Shown: positions 1 through 12,669 of the stretch, in pieces | How positions within the stretch are numbered: position 1 is the stretch's first letter | Layout of the letters: each line of letters opens with the position of its first letter | Source: Podarcis tiliguerta | Lineage: Eukaryota | Direction: 5' to 3' (one strand) | NCBI GenBank assembly: GCA_965153285.1 | Contig: OZ229121.1 | DNA length: 64,000 nucleotides | The notes under the pieces: generated by a model | What the model saw: the letters and a program-made list of their open reading frames with translations, nothing else | The model's database searches: none | What the model was told of the DNA's origin: nothing | Translations under genes and position numbers: made by a program

Positions 1-31
1 GAAGACAAATTGTGTTCTAAACACTATGAAG
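1..31 (+). CDS. MRC1-like A exon 2, 3' end (CysR domain end, [10 protein letters not shown])
   Basis: Homologous to the end of paralog B exon 2 (KDSLCSKGYE); donor G|GTAAAG. Confidence 0.85.
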
Positions 32-2348
32 GTAAAGTTCAGATAATCTGTTCTCTTTTTTTAAATGACCAGCTTGTGTATTTGATGAATCCCCTGCATC
101 AGGGGGTGAAATAGGAATGATGGTAATCACGTAACTTCAAAATATATCAGTAGAAAAACCAAACTTGATAACAGTCATCAGGACCACAGTAAAGGGGCGG
201 CAGAGGCTGTTTAAAACAGTCTGCTTCTACAGTGACAGACTTGGGTAATGTGGCACTTCGTGCGAGGTCAAAATTTGGCACCCCCACCCTTCCCTCATGC
301 TCCCTTCTCAAAGACAGGTAAGGAGGCTCTTGGCTTTGGGAAGGAGGCATGAGGGCTTGGGCAGGGGCCTATAGGCAACCTATCACCTTCCCAAATATGG
401 GAAAGTGCTAACTGGGCTTTGGTAAGGAGACAGAAAGACTTTAGGACCCTGTCAGGGCCTTGTGCCTCATTCCCAAAGCCCAGTTTCTTGCTTACTGGGC
501 TCTGAGACAGCGCCCTCTCAGCTCAGCGCCCAGTGTTTGTGCCCTGCTCGCACAGCCCTAAATCCACCTCTGGCTTCTGCCATGGTAAAGACAAATATGT
601 CACCTGGCCTCTCCATCTCTCTGACTGTCTGTCCTCTATCTCGCTAAGACCACACACACATTAGTCCCAGGACTGGACCCTTTTTGTAATGAGCACTCAG
701 CACATTACTTTTTTCTTTAACAAAGTAGTGATAATGTAATTCCAGACAAATCCAAGTACTATGAAAGTTCCTGTTACTTTCATGTCACAATAGAACTGGA
801 TGTTGTTGTTGTTGTTGTTGTTGTTGTTGGAGATTCCAACACTTGAAAGACAAAATGCTGCTACCAGTCCAGGTCTCAGCTGTAAACCTGGTAGTTCAAG
901 GGTGGGTGTGGGGATTAAATTCTATTCAGTTTGAATTTAAAGCTGAATTTATCACATCTGCACTTTTGAAAATGTTAGGAGAACTAAAACAGACTTTCCC
1001 TTCAAAATTCACAGTTGCCTGAATTTTGCAATGTAGTTCTGCAACCAAGCATTGCTTACAATAAGGTATCTATTAGGGGAAAGTGTGCACAAAAAATAAA
1101 CATATTTGCAAAAAAATATTTTGGGGAAAGTTGCTTGCAGAAATATACACATTAGTCAAATCTGCATATAAAATGTGCTCCATATGAGATATTCACACAA
1201 AAATGCTGAATAAATCACGAGGATTTTTTAAAGTGCAAATTCCTGCAGAAATGTGGAGAACTGAATTTACATTTTTTAAAAAAAAGAAACTGAGAGAAAC
1301 AAAACTGACAAATTCTTCCATCCCTAGTCAAGGGGTAAAAGCTAACTAGGGGAAATATCAAGGGGAAATATCAGGAGTGACAATGATGGAGTCTGCTGTC
1401 AGAAGCCAGCGGTAAAGGGGCAGAGAACATGCTCCAGGATTCAGTCTTATTAGTAAGGGGTGGAGTCCAGTAGTAAATGAGCAGGGCATAAACAATTACA
1501 TTGTTCAATTCAAGTGTGGATGTGTTCCTCGTATATACCCCCTGATACAAATAATCAGTCCAAACTCCAGCTAGATCACAAGAACAGAGCAAAAGCTAAA
1601 AATGTTGAACTCTAGCAGCTGAGATAAACTGCAGCACAAACATTAAGGCTTATGTGCAAACCATATATTCAAAGCACATCTCCACAAGGAATCCTGCAAA
1701 CTGGTTTGTTAAGGGTGCTGGGAACGTGTGATTTCCCTTTCTCTCACTGAAGATGCTGCACTGAAACATTCGCCACTTCCAGGCGCTGCTTCACTCCTGT
1801 CACAAAACACATATGTGCCTTCTGCCATAGCAAAATGTTCAAGTGAAGTTTTTCAGTTGCAAATGAAACTGAAAATCCATGCCAGGATAGAACTATCACT
1901 GAACAGTATGTGTTCCATTTCCCTTTAGCTCTGTTTGCCTTAGAAGGCAATGCTTTCACCTCCTTTGTGTTGCAACAAGGGTTCAGGTCTACCCAAACTG
2001 GATGGGGTGTACTTTTCTGTTTATTTGGCCTCCCGACTTTGGAATAGGCATTCCATTATGTGCACTAGTGTTTGAGTGTGCATACCATGCAGCCTACTTC
2101 AGAAGGACTTGAAAAGATAGCAAGATGCCTTGTCTGAAGACAGAATGTTGGCTCGTCTACCTCCTATTGTCAACACTGACTGGCAGTGGTTTCAACCAGG
2201 AGTCTTTTCCAACCCACCCTGGAGACACCAAGGACTGATTATTTACTTCAGTTAAAGGGAAGTTTTCATGTATGCATTGATGCAATAGAATGGATGCTCA
2301 AAACTTGAGGAATGTGAACACTGAAAAAAAGTGTATGTGTGCATCTGC

Positions 2349-2388
<40 letters not shown>

Positions 2389-5300
2389 AGCTCTATATTG
2401 ACAGTTTTGTATTCATTTCTTCTGCTTTAGCTAATTCTCATAACTGTTTGAAATCAGTCCGGCATAACACAGTCTGTTCAATTTGCCTTTAGCTCTGTAT
2501 ACTATACAAGGCAATGCCTTGGGAGCCCCATGTAGGTTTCCATTCAAGTTTCGGAACAAATGGTATGCTCAATGCATAAGAGATGGTGATGAACATGGAC
2601 AACTTTGGTGTGGAACAACTGAAGATGTGGATAGAGACTCTTTAGCTGGATATTGTCCAATAAAAGGTAAACAATTTCATCTCTCTGCAGTAGCTTATCT
2701 TAAAGTTTTAAGTGTCTATACGCTTACTGCATTTATAAATTTTAAATGTTTGTTTTCCTTCTGGGATTGTACCCCCAAGTATGTTTTATAAGCTGGTCTA
2801 CAACTGTAATAAATTATCTAGCAGGTAAACAATTTAAAAAGTTTTGTTTAAACCTTTACTTTGCCATCCTATATTTGATGCTTAGAGGAATGGTTCACCT
2901 ACAAAGAGAAAAGAGAAGCTGTCTCTGTTGCCTCTGTTGTACAGATTGTGCAATTTAAGAAGAAAATGGAGGGTGGGGACCTCTCCCCTGTGAGTCAGAA
3001 CAAAATGAATTGTCAGTAATGTCAGGCTACCCTACAGGATCAGGCCTGCCGTTTTTCATTGGAAAGCGGTGGTTACAAGGATGCAGCTCAGTTCAGGCCA
3101 GAACTGAAGTCTAGACCAAAGATGGAGAGCTGTCAGGGACTAACCAGATGAGGAGGAGTGGGAGAGACCTCCGCCCAAGCAGGCTTCCAGGCAGGAGGCA
3201 GATGAAGATCGTATGGACCCAGGGTCATGGTGGTTTGAGACAGGACACACCCCAGAAGAGGAAGCAAAGAGTTGGAAAATAATGGAGGGTGAGGAACAGG
3301 AGCAAGCTAGCAGGTGCCCTAGTCCTGAACAGAGAGAGGAGTCAGGTGTGATAGAAACAGTAGAGCAGACAAATGACATCATGGCACTTGAAAGCCTGGT
3401 AGAGCTCCCTTCTTATCCTAGAACAAGATGCTCCCTTCGTGTCTCAGAGCAGAAAGCCAAACAGAGACAGAAAGATTTCCATGCCAGCCAGGAGGAGTCT
3501 GGGATGTAGGAAATCAGCGCCAAGGGAGAGGGGCGGGCACCCTGGGCAACAGCTCAAGCTTAAGGGAATACATTCCACAGCCTCCGTGTATTCTGTTTGA
3601 TACTAATAAAAGGACTGAAAAGCCACTGTCTCTGCAGATATGGATTTACTCAGCAGTTGTCTCCATGAGCTGTGTGCTGGCTCCCTCGTAACAGGAGCTG
3701 CTGGATGCAGGATGCAGACAGATTTCATCTGGTCCCCTCCCAACCTTCAGTGGGGAGCAGCTGAGGGGTGAAGGGGTTTGGTATGGTGTAAAGCAGAGCT
3801 TTCCAAACTTCTAATGTTGGCGACACACTTTTTAGATATGCATCATTTCATGGCACAGTAATTTAGTTTTACTAGCAAAACAGAAGTTAAACTACCGTAT
3901 TTACTCAAATGGAATGTGCATCTTTTTTGGCAAAATTATGTTGCAAAAAAATAGGGTGTGCGTTAGATTTAATGGTGCATTTACATTCGCCAGCAAATAC
4001 TTTTTTGGTTTCAAGGTTTTGAAAATTGAGGCGTGCATTAGATTTGGTGGCGCATTAGAGTCGCATAAATGCAGTAAGCCATTTCCAGCCCCAGGAGCAT
4101 TTACATGATACACCTACTGACACACTAATGTGTTGTGACATACAGTTTGGAAAGTTCTGGTGTAAAGTGTGTAACTGCACATCTTTCCCCTGCTGAAAGA
4201 ACAAAGCAGAGGGCAAAATGGATTGGCAGACTTCTGTTCCTTGTAAACATGCATCTATGGATTTTTTTCACTCATATACTGGCAATTTTAAGGATGCAGT
4301 TGCATACAGAAGTTTATCTATTTGCATAGCTCTGAAGTGGGACTTGCAGTTTACCAGCACATTGACTTTATTTGCATTGTTTTGCTGGGATTACTGCAAG
4401 GGTTTTGACACATGGGTCGAAGGTGAATTTAGGGAAGCTCTACAGGTTCAGTCACACTGGGTGCACACCCTCAGGAGCTCTGCCAGGGATGCCACATGAT
4501 TATTTAGAATGGATCGTGAAAGGAGGAGGTGAGGTAGAATTTTGGCATTGCCTAGGATGCCATTGAAATTTGAGACCCCAAGGAACACCACTGCTGGGGT
4601 AGAACAGGCCACACATTATTTATTCTTGTTTTTATTTATTAAATTTGTATGCTGTGATGGCCTGATTGCAGTTCCAGGACCTGGGGGCAGGTATCCAAGT
4701 TTCTCCCTTGCAGATATCCACACTGAATGCATGAATATGGGGCTTGAGAAGCCCTCTTATTATGGAGTGTGGTCCAGTGATGCTGCCCAAGTTTCACATA
4801 AGCTTCTATATTTCTCCATAACGTTTGAGGTATTCTTTTGATAAGTGGTATGTTAAGTCATCAACTGTATCTCACTTGTAGATTTAGCTTCACCATTGGT
4901 AATTTTATAATTTGATGTTAATGTTAACAATGCTTACAGATGATGAATTTTTCTGGACCAGAAACCATTGGACAGGGGATCTGTATCAGATCAATTCCTA
5001 CTCAGCTCTAACATGGTACCAAGCAAGCAAAAGTTGCCAGCAACAGAATGCAGAATTATTGAGCATCACCGATTTACAAGAACAAGCATACCTGACAGGT
5101 AGGACATAACAAGGCTGACCTGAAGAAGCAATCGGTGTCCTGTGATATTCTGCTAATTAGTCAATACCGTCTCAACTATAGACAGCAACTTCATAAACAT
5201 TATATAAGAAGTAACCTCACCCCTAGAGGAGTTTCGAACAATCCCCATACAGGTTATCTGTTGCATCTCAGGTTACCAAAGGAACTGGTAGTTCTTCTGT

Positions 5301-6183
5301 GTCTTTAACAACTGTATGAGGAACTACATGTAAGGTTGTGTCGGTTGAAGATGATGAACCATTGTCCCTGCATACTAGACAGAATGTTTCATCTAATTTC
5401 TGCCCTAGAAGCATAAAAAATGAGTACGGTCGTACCTTGGTTCTTGAACGGAATGCATTCCAGGAGTCTATTCGAGTTCAAGAACCAAGGCACAGCTTCC
5501 AATTGGCTGCAGGAGCTTCCTGAAGCCACTCAGAAGCCACTGAAGCCATGCTGGAAGTTCGGCTTCCGAAAATCGTTCAAAAACCAGAACAATCACTTCC
5601 GGTTTTCGATTGTTTGGGACAGGTACGATCGAGTTGCAAGGTGTTTGGCTTCCAAGGTTCCACTGTATTTCTTTCATTTTCTCATTGGCCCCTGCCTCCA
5701 GCTTCCTAACTATAAACCTCATGCTACATAATATCTGCTTACCTGGGGCTCCGGAGGAGGATGTTGCCACACAGTATAACTGCAGCTGGGCCCAGGAGGC
5801 CGCCATCTTCCTGCCCAGCCAGGGGAGGGGATGGCCACCTGGTACCCCCCCCCCCCACCTCCGGCCGTGCTGTGGCCTAATTCAACCCAATACCAGTATC
5901 CTGTGTCCATTCTGTCAGCCCTCCCTACAGCAGCTGCAGACATCATGTGCCTGTGGCAGTGATTCAGTATGACTGATACTCTTTTCCTTGAATAGGATTA
6001 ATAAATGATAAGAAAAATGACTACTGGATTGGATTGAACTCTTTCGATGTTGAGACTGGGTGGCAGTGGATTGGCGATCGTCCTTTTAGATATTTAAACT
6101 GGGCTCCAGGTGAGTCAACATTGGCATGCCAACAACTAAATAAATACTGAAAGCCATCTCCATTTAGTATTCAGTCACATGTG

Positions 6184-6238
<55 letters not shown>

Positions 6239-9200
6239 AAATGTATACTGCCCTATACCTTCAGGTCTCAGAAGGGTTCACAGGATAAAATCACAATATA
6301 AAAACACAGAATGAATAATCAAAATAAATATGGTAAATTCTTCAAGGCAGCACTCAGCATTGTTGCATTAATTACCTCTCCCCTCTTGGTACAATAACTT
6401 TAACATACTAAATAACAATATTAGAGGCTCCAAAACTTAGCCAATTATTACTTCAATTTCGGTTATTCTATCTTCCCAGAATTTTCTGATTTTAGGACAT
6501 ATCCACATCCCAGCATTTTCTGCTTTAGGGCTCCAACAGGCATCATTCAATGTACTATATATCCAATTAAGACATAATAGTGTCTTAGGTACCAGCAGAA
6601 GAAGAAACACACATTTAAACACATACAGAGTTATTTTCCATTTCAATGTCAATCAAACAACATATTTGGGAGAAGAAAAGGCTAAGGAAGTAAACCCGAC
6701 ACAAATCTGGAGTCCCTAAGACAGTGGGATGGCACCCAGGGGTGGAGGAAGTGGGAGGCAGGGGTGCCAGTTTGCCCTGGGTGTCACCACTGAGGGGGGT
6801 GACAAAATGCTGTGTGGCACTCATGGTGGGGCCTGTAGCACACCCGAGCCACATGTCTCTCCTGGGAGTTACACGGTGGCTTGGGCGCCCGCAGGCTCTG
6901 CGCTGCCCCAAATGGTTCGCCCGCTGCCTCCCCCTCAGCTGTAGGTCGGCTGAGTGGGAGGAGGCAGGCAGACTTCTCGGAGGCCCCGTAGAGCGTCCTG
7001 CTCCAGCTCGCCCTGTCCCACAGGCAGCTGATCAGCTTGCTGCGTTGCTGGTGGCACCTTATACACCCCCTTCCAGCAACTCCTGCAGCCAAACCAGTGT
7101 CACACGTATTTCTCTGCTTCCTTTTGAACCACACCAGTAAGGCCAAGAGTGGGGTCTTGTCATCTGGGTAACCCAGGACTTCCAGACACACTGCCCAGGC
7201 TTGTACCAAGAGGAGGTAATTTTGGTGCTGTTACTGCAGCTGTTTGAGTTCATCCACAGAGGTGCACTTTATTGTCTCTCGAGACAGACAGATGTCAACA
7301 ATAACAACACAAGCCTTATCCATTCCATAAAAGGGCTGTATATACATGCTTTAATAAATCAATAAAGTGTACTGGTATTTAAAATCTTGTAAGCAACATC
7401 TTGAAATAAATAATAATTACCGTGTTGCGATGTTAGTACAAAGCAAAAAATAATTACAGTGTTTCTCGCTCTTTCTTAAAGGTAGCCCATCTCCAGAAAC
7501 AGAAATGATCTGTGGATCAATGCAGTCTGAAAATGGCAAATGGCAGAATAAAAAGTGTCAAGATAACTTTGGGTACATTTGCAAGAGAGAAAATTCTTCA
7601 TTAGATACTTCTGTTATTTCTTCAGGTAGGATGCTGCCCTGGGAATGAAGTTTACCTTTATATTGTTGTACCATAAGTTATGGAGTGTGCCAGTGTCCAA
7701 TATTTCTTAAAGCTTTTCTCTAGTAATGGAGGTTTTGCTATTTGTAGCAGTGTATGCAATGTGAAGCGTTTTATTGGACTCAGATGCTGGAGGATATTTT
7801 ATCAGTAGCCAAGGATAAGTTATCTGTCGGTAAAGATGTAAGGCGTGGTCTAAAAAGGCATATGTTACAGGAACCTGGACCACATATGGCGGTGCCTGAG
7901 TTGATTTCCATGGGATGGATATAATCTAGAATTCAATCTTGAAAAAAGATGGGAATTATAGAAAAGAAAGAAATATATTGGAACTCCTGTACAAAGCTCA
8001 AACAGTCTTCCCCCTACACCTAACTTTGTCATTATTACATTTTTGTGTAAACCTTTGTAATCCTTATGAATGTGGTATATAATTATTATCAGTCAAGTCA
8101 TCGAAAAGCTGTGAGTTGTGTGCAAAGAACCGTGATGGTGGTGTGGGCGATTCCTCTGCACAGGGCACTGAGCCAAGGGGGAACAAAATAAATAAATAAG
8201 TAAATAAGGAATGTTTGAATGAATGAATGAAAGAATGTGAAAATAAGAAATATTGGGGAATGCCAATTTTTGTCCTCGCTCAGGGTGCCATATTCCCAAA
8301 GCCTGCCTCTGAGGAAACTATCTGCTAGGACTGCTGAGAATATATGATTGCAAGTTTATGCCATGCTATAAAAGTTTATATGTTCTATGACATTTCCTTG
8401 TGCTCCTGCTTGCTCAAGATCTTGTGCAAGTGGAAGGATGTCTTCAGATTTAATTTCACAATTTCCTGCAGTAAAGGGTGGACTCCTCAGATGGCCTGCC
8501 ACTTCCACTCACTACACTCGGCTGAGCTGTGAAAATTCATAAAACATGCCTCACAGGGGGAGAGTAACCCCACTTCCCGGTCCCACCTCAGATCTTGTAG
8601 ACTTGGCTCACCACCATTTTGTTACCTCAACTGGGTTTTGAAGTGGTTGCAGAAGGGGGGAGGGTCTTACCAGAAGCCTCTTCCTCAGAAGCTTTGACCA
8701 CTTGTGGTGGTGCACCCACTGCGGGTGCAGCTATTTTCAACACTGAGCAGGACTTTGAAGTACAGCTAATGATAGTGCTTTCTCGTGACCTGGTGCAAAC
8801 CTAGGACCTGTTCAACAACTTTCCTGGGATGAGGGAGCCCCATGTTCCCAGGGTTAAGTCTGGTAGACCCCAGTAAAGGGGCTATGTGAAGTCCCCTTCT
8901 GCATCATACATGACGTTTGTCTCAGTCCCAAATTCTGTTATTGGATTAATTGACAATGCATAATTTCTAAGGGCCGTGTGTATATGTGTGAGAGAGAGCA
9001 GGTTGCGTAGCAGTTAAGGCATTGGGTAGGATCCATAGTAATTAATCAAAAGGGGTGCTGTTCTTTGGGTTTGCCTTCCAGGAAATTGGGGTACCCTGTT
9101 AAAGGTATCCTAAGAGAGGTGCTCATAAGCCCAGATGGGGGTTGAGGACCACAGCACTCCCCTAGGTGGCGATTCTGATGGGTTGCTCCTATTTGGCGTA

Positions 9201-12200
9201 AGTCATAGGGCATTCCTATCTCAGAATTGATCCCATCACCAGCAGTCAGCAGACCAGCTGACTGAAAAGAGAATCACCTAATGCCTGAGCCAAATTCATT
9301 TACATCTGTAATCAATAAAGTTGTGGCCTGTTTTGATCCAAGGACATAGCCCTGGTTGCTGTTTTTTTTTTTAAAAAAAAAAAATCATGTATGCAAGGCA
9401 CCAGGCAGTGAGCTCAGTGTACCTGAGCTTGCAGTTGTGTTTTTTTTTAAGGAAATCCATCCAGTCATGCTATCTTAAATATGATTTTTCTCTTTTTAGG
9501 CCGGTCAAAGCCTATTAAATGTTCAGATGGCTGGGCTCCATATGAAGGCCACTGTTACCGCCTTTACAGACACCTCAAGACATGGCTGCAGGCACTATCA
9601 TCCTGTCGAAAGGAAGGTGGAGACTTAATAAGTATACACAACATTGAAGAACACAGCTTCATCATTTCTCAGCTAGGCTACCGTAAGTATATCCAGAAAG
9701 TTCTGTTCTCCTGGTATCCAAGATATATGTGAGATAAAGGGGAAGAGAGTTTTTGGAATACTCCTCAGCCAGCTGTGTGGGATGATGGGATTGCCTGTCA
9801 AAATTCTGAATATTCTGGGCCAATCAAGACCCTGGAGGGGTGGTTTGAGCAGCAGATCCGAGTACTAGTCTTCACTCTGGTCCACCTGTGGAAAATTAAA
9901 AGCCTGCTGAGCATTGGACTGTCAGCACAGTTGGCAGAAGAACAGCCTTCCCACCAACCCTATATACTGTTCCTTGGGCACCTCGTTTTGAAGACTTTGC
10001 TGTGGTTCAAAATGGTTGCTGTATTAGGGTCTGGGAAGGAATTTGCCTGCAAACAAATTTGGCCTGTTTGGGGTTTCTGTCTTCCTAATAGTAATCATCA
10101 CAACTTTCAACAGATAAGGTATTGGGTGGAATCTTTAGTCTGTCTTCGTGTGTGGGCTGACATGGTGGACTACCCCAACCACAAGCAGGTGCGATATCTC
10201 AGGGTATCCTGGAAAAGTGGTCAGAATCAAAGTTCTGTCCTGAAGGCAAGTGGGGAGCAGCTGGGCTTCTAATTGCAGCCTAGGGCAGGCTACCTTAGTT
10301 GACCCACATCTTGAGCTGGCCCTTAACCTCAGGCATGACCCTGCCCTAACTTCAGCCCTCTCCTAGCCAATACACAGCCAGTGCCTAAGCCTACCTACAT
10401 CTGTAATCAATAAAGTTCTGGCTAATTGTTAATCCCCAAAAGTTGTTGTGGCAACTTTGTTCCTCCTGCCATCACTTGCCGCTCCCTTCCACAGAGAGGC
10501 TCACTGCACATGGATGTGCAAAAACCCATAAGTTATGTGTCACTGAAATGTAGCATTGCTCTACCCACTCGTGTTTTTGGCCCAACGCACAACTGGCAAT
10601 GCTCCTCGCAGGACATTCTGGATCTCTGGCTGAAAAAGGTTCCCCTCCACTGAGCTAGCTGCACATTAACGTGTCTAATTGGGTGCTAATTCCCCATTTG
10701 TACCCCACAGAGCAGTGTAGCACAGGATCCTATTCCACGCCCAAGTTCTTTGTAACTAAAGTCAGGGAGTAAATAACGTGATGAATTTGTGTTCTTAGAG
10801 CCGGAGGATAGTCTATGGATAGGACTGAATGACCGGAAGACTCAGATGTATTTTGAATGGAGTGATGGATCCACAGTGAGACTCACCAAGTGGCAGAAAG
10901 GAAAACCCACACACATAAATGATGTGCAAAACGACTGCGTATTCATGAATGGGGAGGTAAAAATAAGGAATGCTAATAGAGATGTATTTCCCTTGGATTC
11001 GTCTTTGTGTGAAAGACCAAACAAATATACTGACAGCTAATCTGACACTGCCACAGCTGTACTAGTGCACACCAAACTTTCCTACACTGTCCTTGTACTG
11101 TCCAGGTAAGCAACATAATTGGTGTAAGCAGGGTGACTCCACAACACCCTCCCCACCATGCCAGCTGCTCCTGTTGAGAGCTAATTATATATTGCAATTC
11201 TAGGAGAACTAGGGGTGTAAGGAGACAGTGATTTGCATCCCATCCTTTGTTAGTCATAATTAGCACTGTTTCCATACCACTACATGAAAAATGATCTTCT
11301 TGAGAATCTTGCCTTCTTTCTTTTTCTTTTTTAAAGAGGAAGCTTCTAGCAGATATGAATGTACCATCACTTTGGTGGTGATGCTTCAGTTCTGGGCATC
11401 ACTAAGTGTACCTTCCCATAAATAGAAAAATTAAAATTAAAATAAATTACACAGTTAGTAAAAATAAATCGAAGAATACATTTTGCAAAGTAAAATAATA
11501 TGCATGATCTGCAAACAAATGTAAACAATGCATTTTTAAAGACAAGATAATAGAAATCTGAATTTTATATCTGAAACGTCTACAAAGGTGGGAATTAGGC
11601 CACCTCACCTTCAGTTCTCCAGTTGGGATAGAAGTATATTTTCAAATGCTACCAATTTTTTGCAGGCTGAAACCTGACTTTGTTTATCATTAACAGGCTT
11701 AAAATAAATCTCTCTCTAATCCTTTTTTCTTGGTATTATTGGTTTAGGCCGGGGGTGGAGTGCCATTTTAGCTCGTTATCTGCACCACCGCTCACAGTCT
11801 CACAACTTATTCTTTTTTCTCAGTATAGAAATTCATTATTGTAGAGGCTGTAGAATTCAGAGCAGTGCAAATGTAATGGGCGTTTTGTGCAGCTGTCCCC
11901 CTTGTGCAACAATAGAAAACTTTGCATCAAGAAAATGAGAAAGTGTAAAGACAGTCTACCCTCCTTCACTGAGATACGCATTTCTTCACCTTTCCATCTC
12001 CAGAATGGATACTGGGCAGATAATTTTTGTGAAGAGGAACTTGGTTACATCTGTAAAAGAGCACCTTTGGCAATTCTTTCTGAAGAACCTGAAATTGCTG
12101 ATCCAAATTGCCAAAAAGTAAGTATAAAGTGAACCATGTAGTAGTTTAAAAAGTGAAATAAGCATATATGTCATCCATTTCTATTCTTAATATTCTATTC

Positions 12201-12630
12201 TATAAGATTCTAGTCTATAGGATTCATTGCCCATTGATGCAGAGGCACCTCTAGCCTTGAGATAAGCTGTACAATTTCTCTCTCCCATATACACACCAAC
12301 TGCATTCTCCCATCTTCAGCAACTACAACACCATTAGCTTTCCCCACTTCTTTTATTTTTACTGCTAGCAATGGGAAAATCTAGACTGTTGTCCTAGAGT
12401 GTTTTCTGTTACTTAACTTTCTCTTTCTTTTATTTGTTTATTTATTGAGAATAACAATTTATTAGCTGCACTGCTAGGACTTAAGGTTGCAAACAATGAT
12501 AAATAAAGCAAAATAAAGTAAACTCGGGAGTCCAGCATCACTGCTAAAAATGTATAAAACCTTGCCAGGTGGTGAAAAGGCCAAAGAGAATAAATGTGTT
12601 TTGCACACCCTCTGGAAGGCAAATAAATAA

Positions 12631-12669
<39 letters not shown>

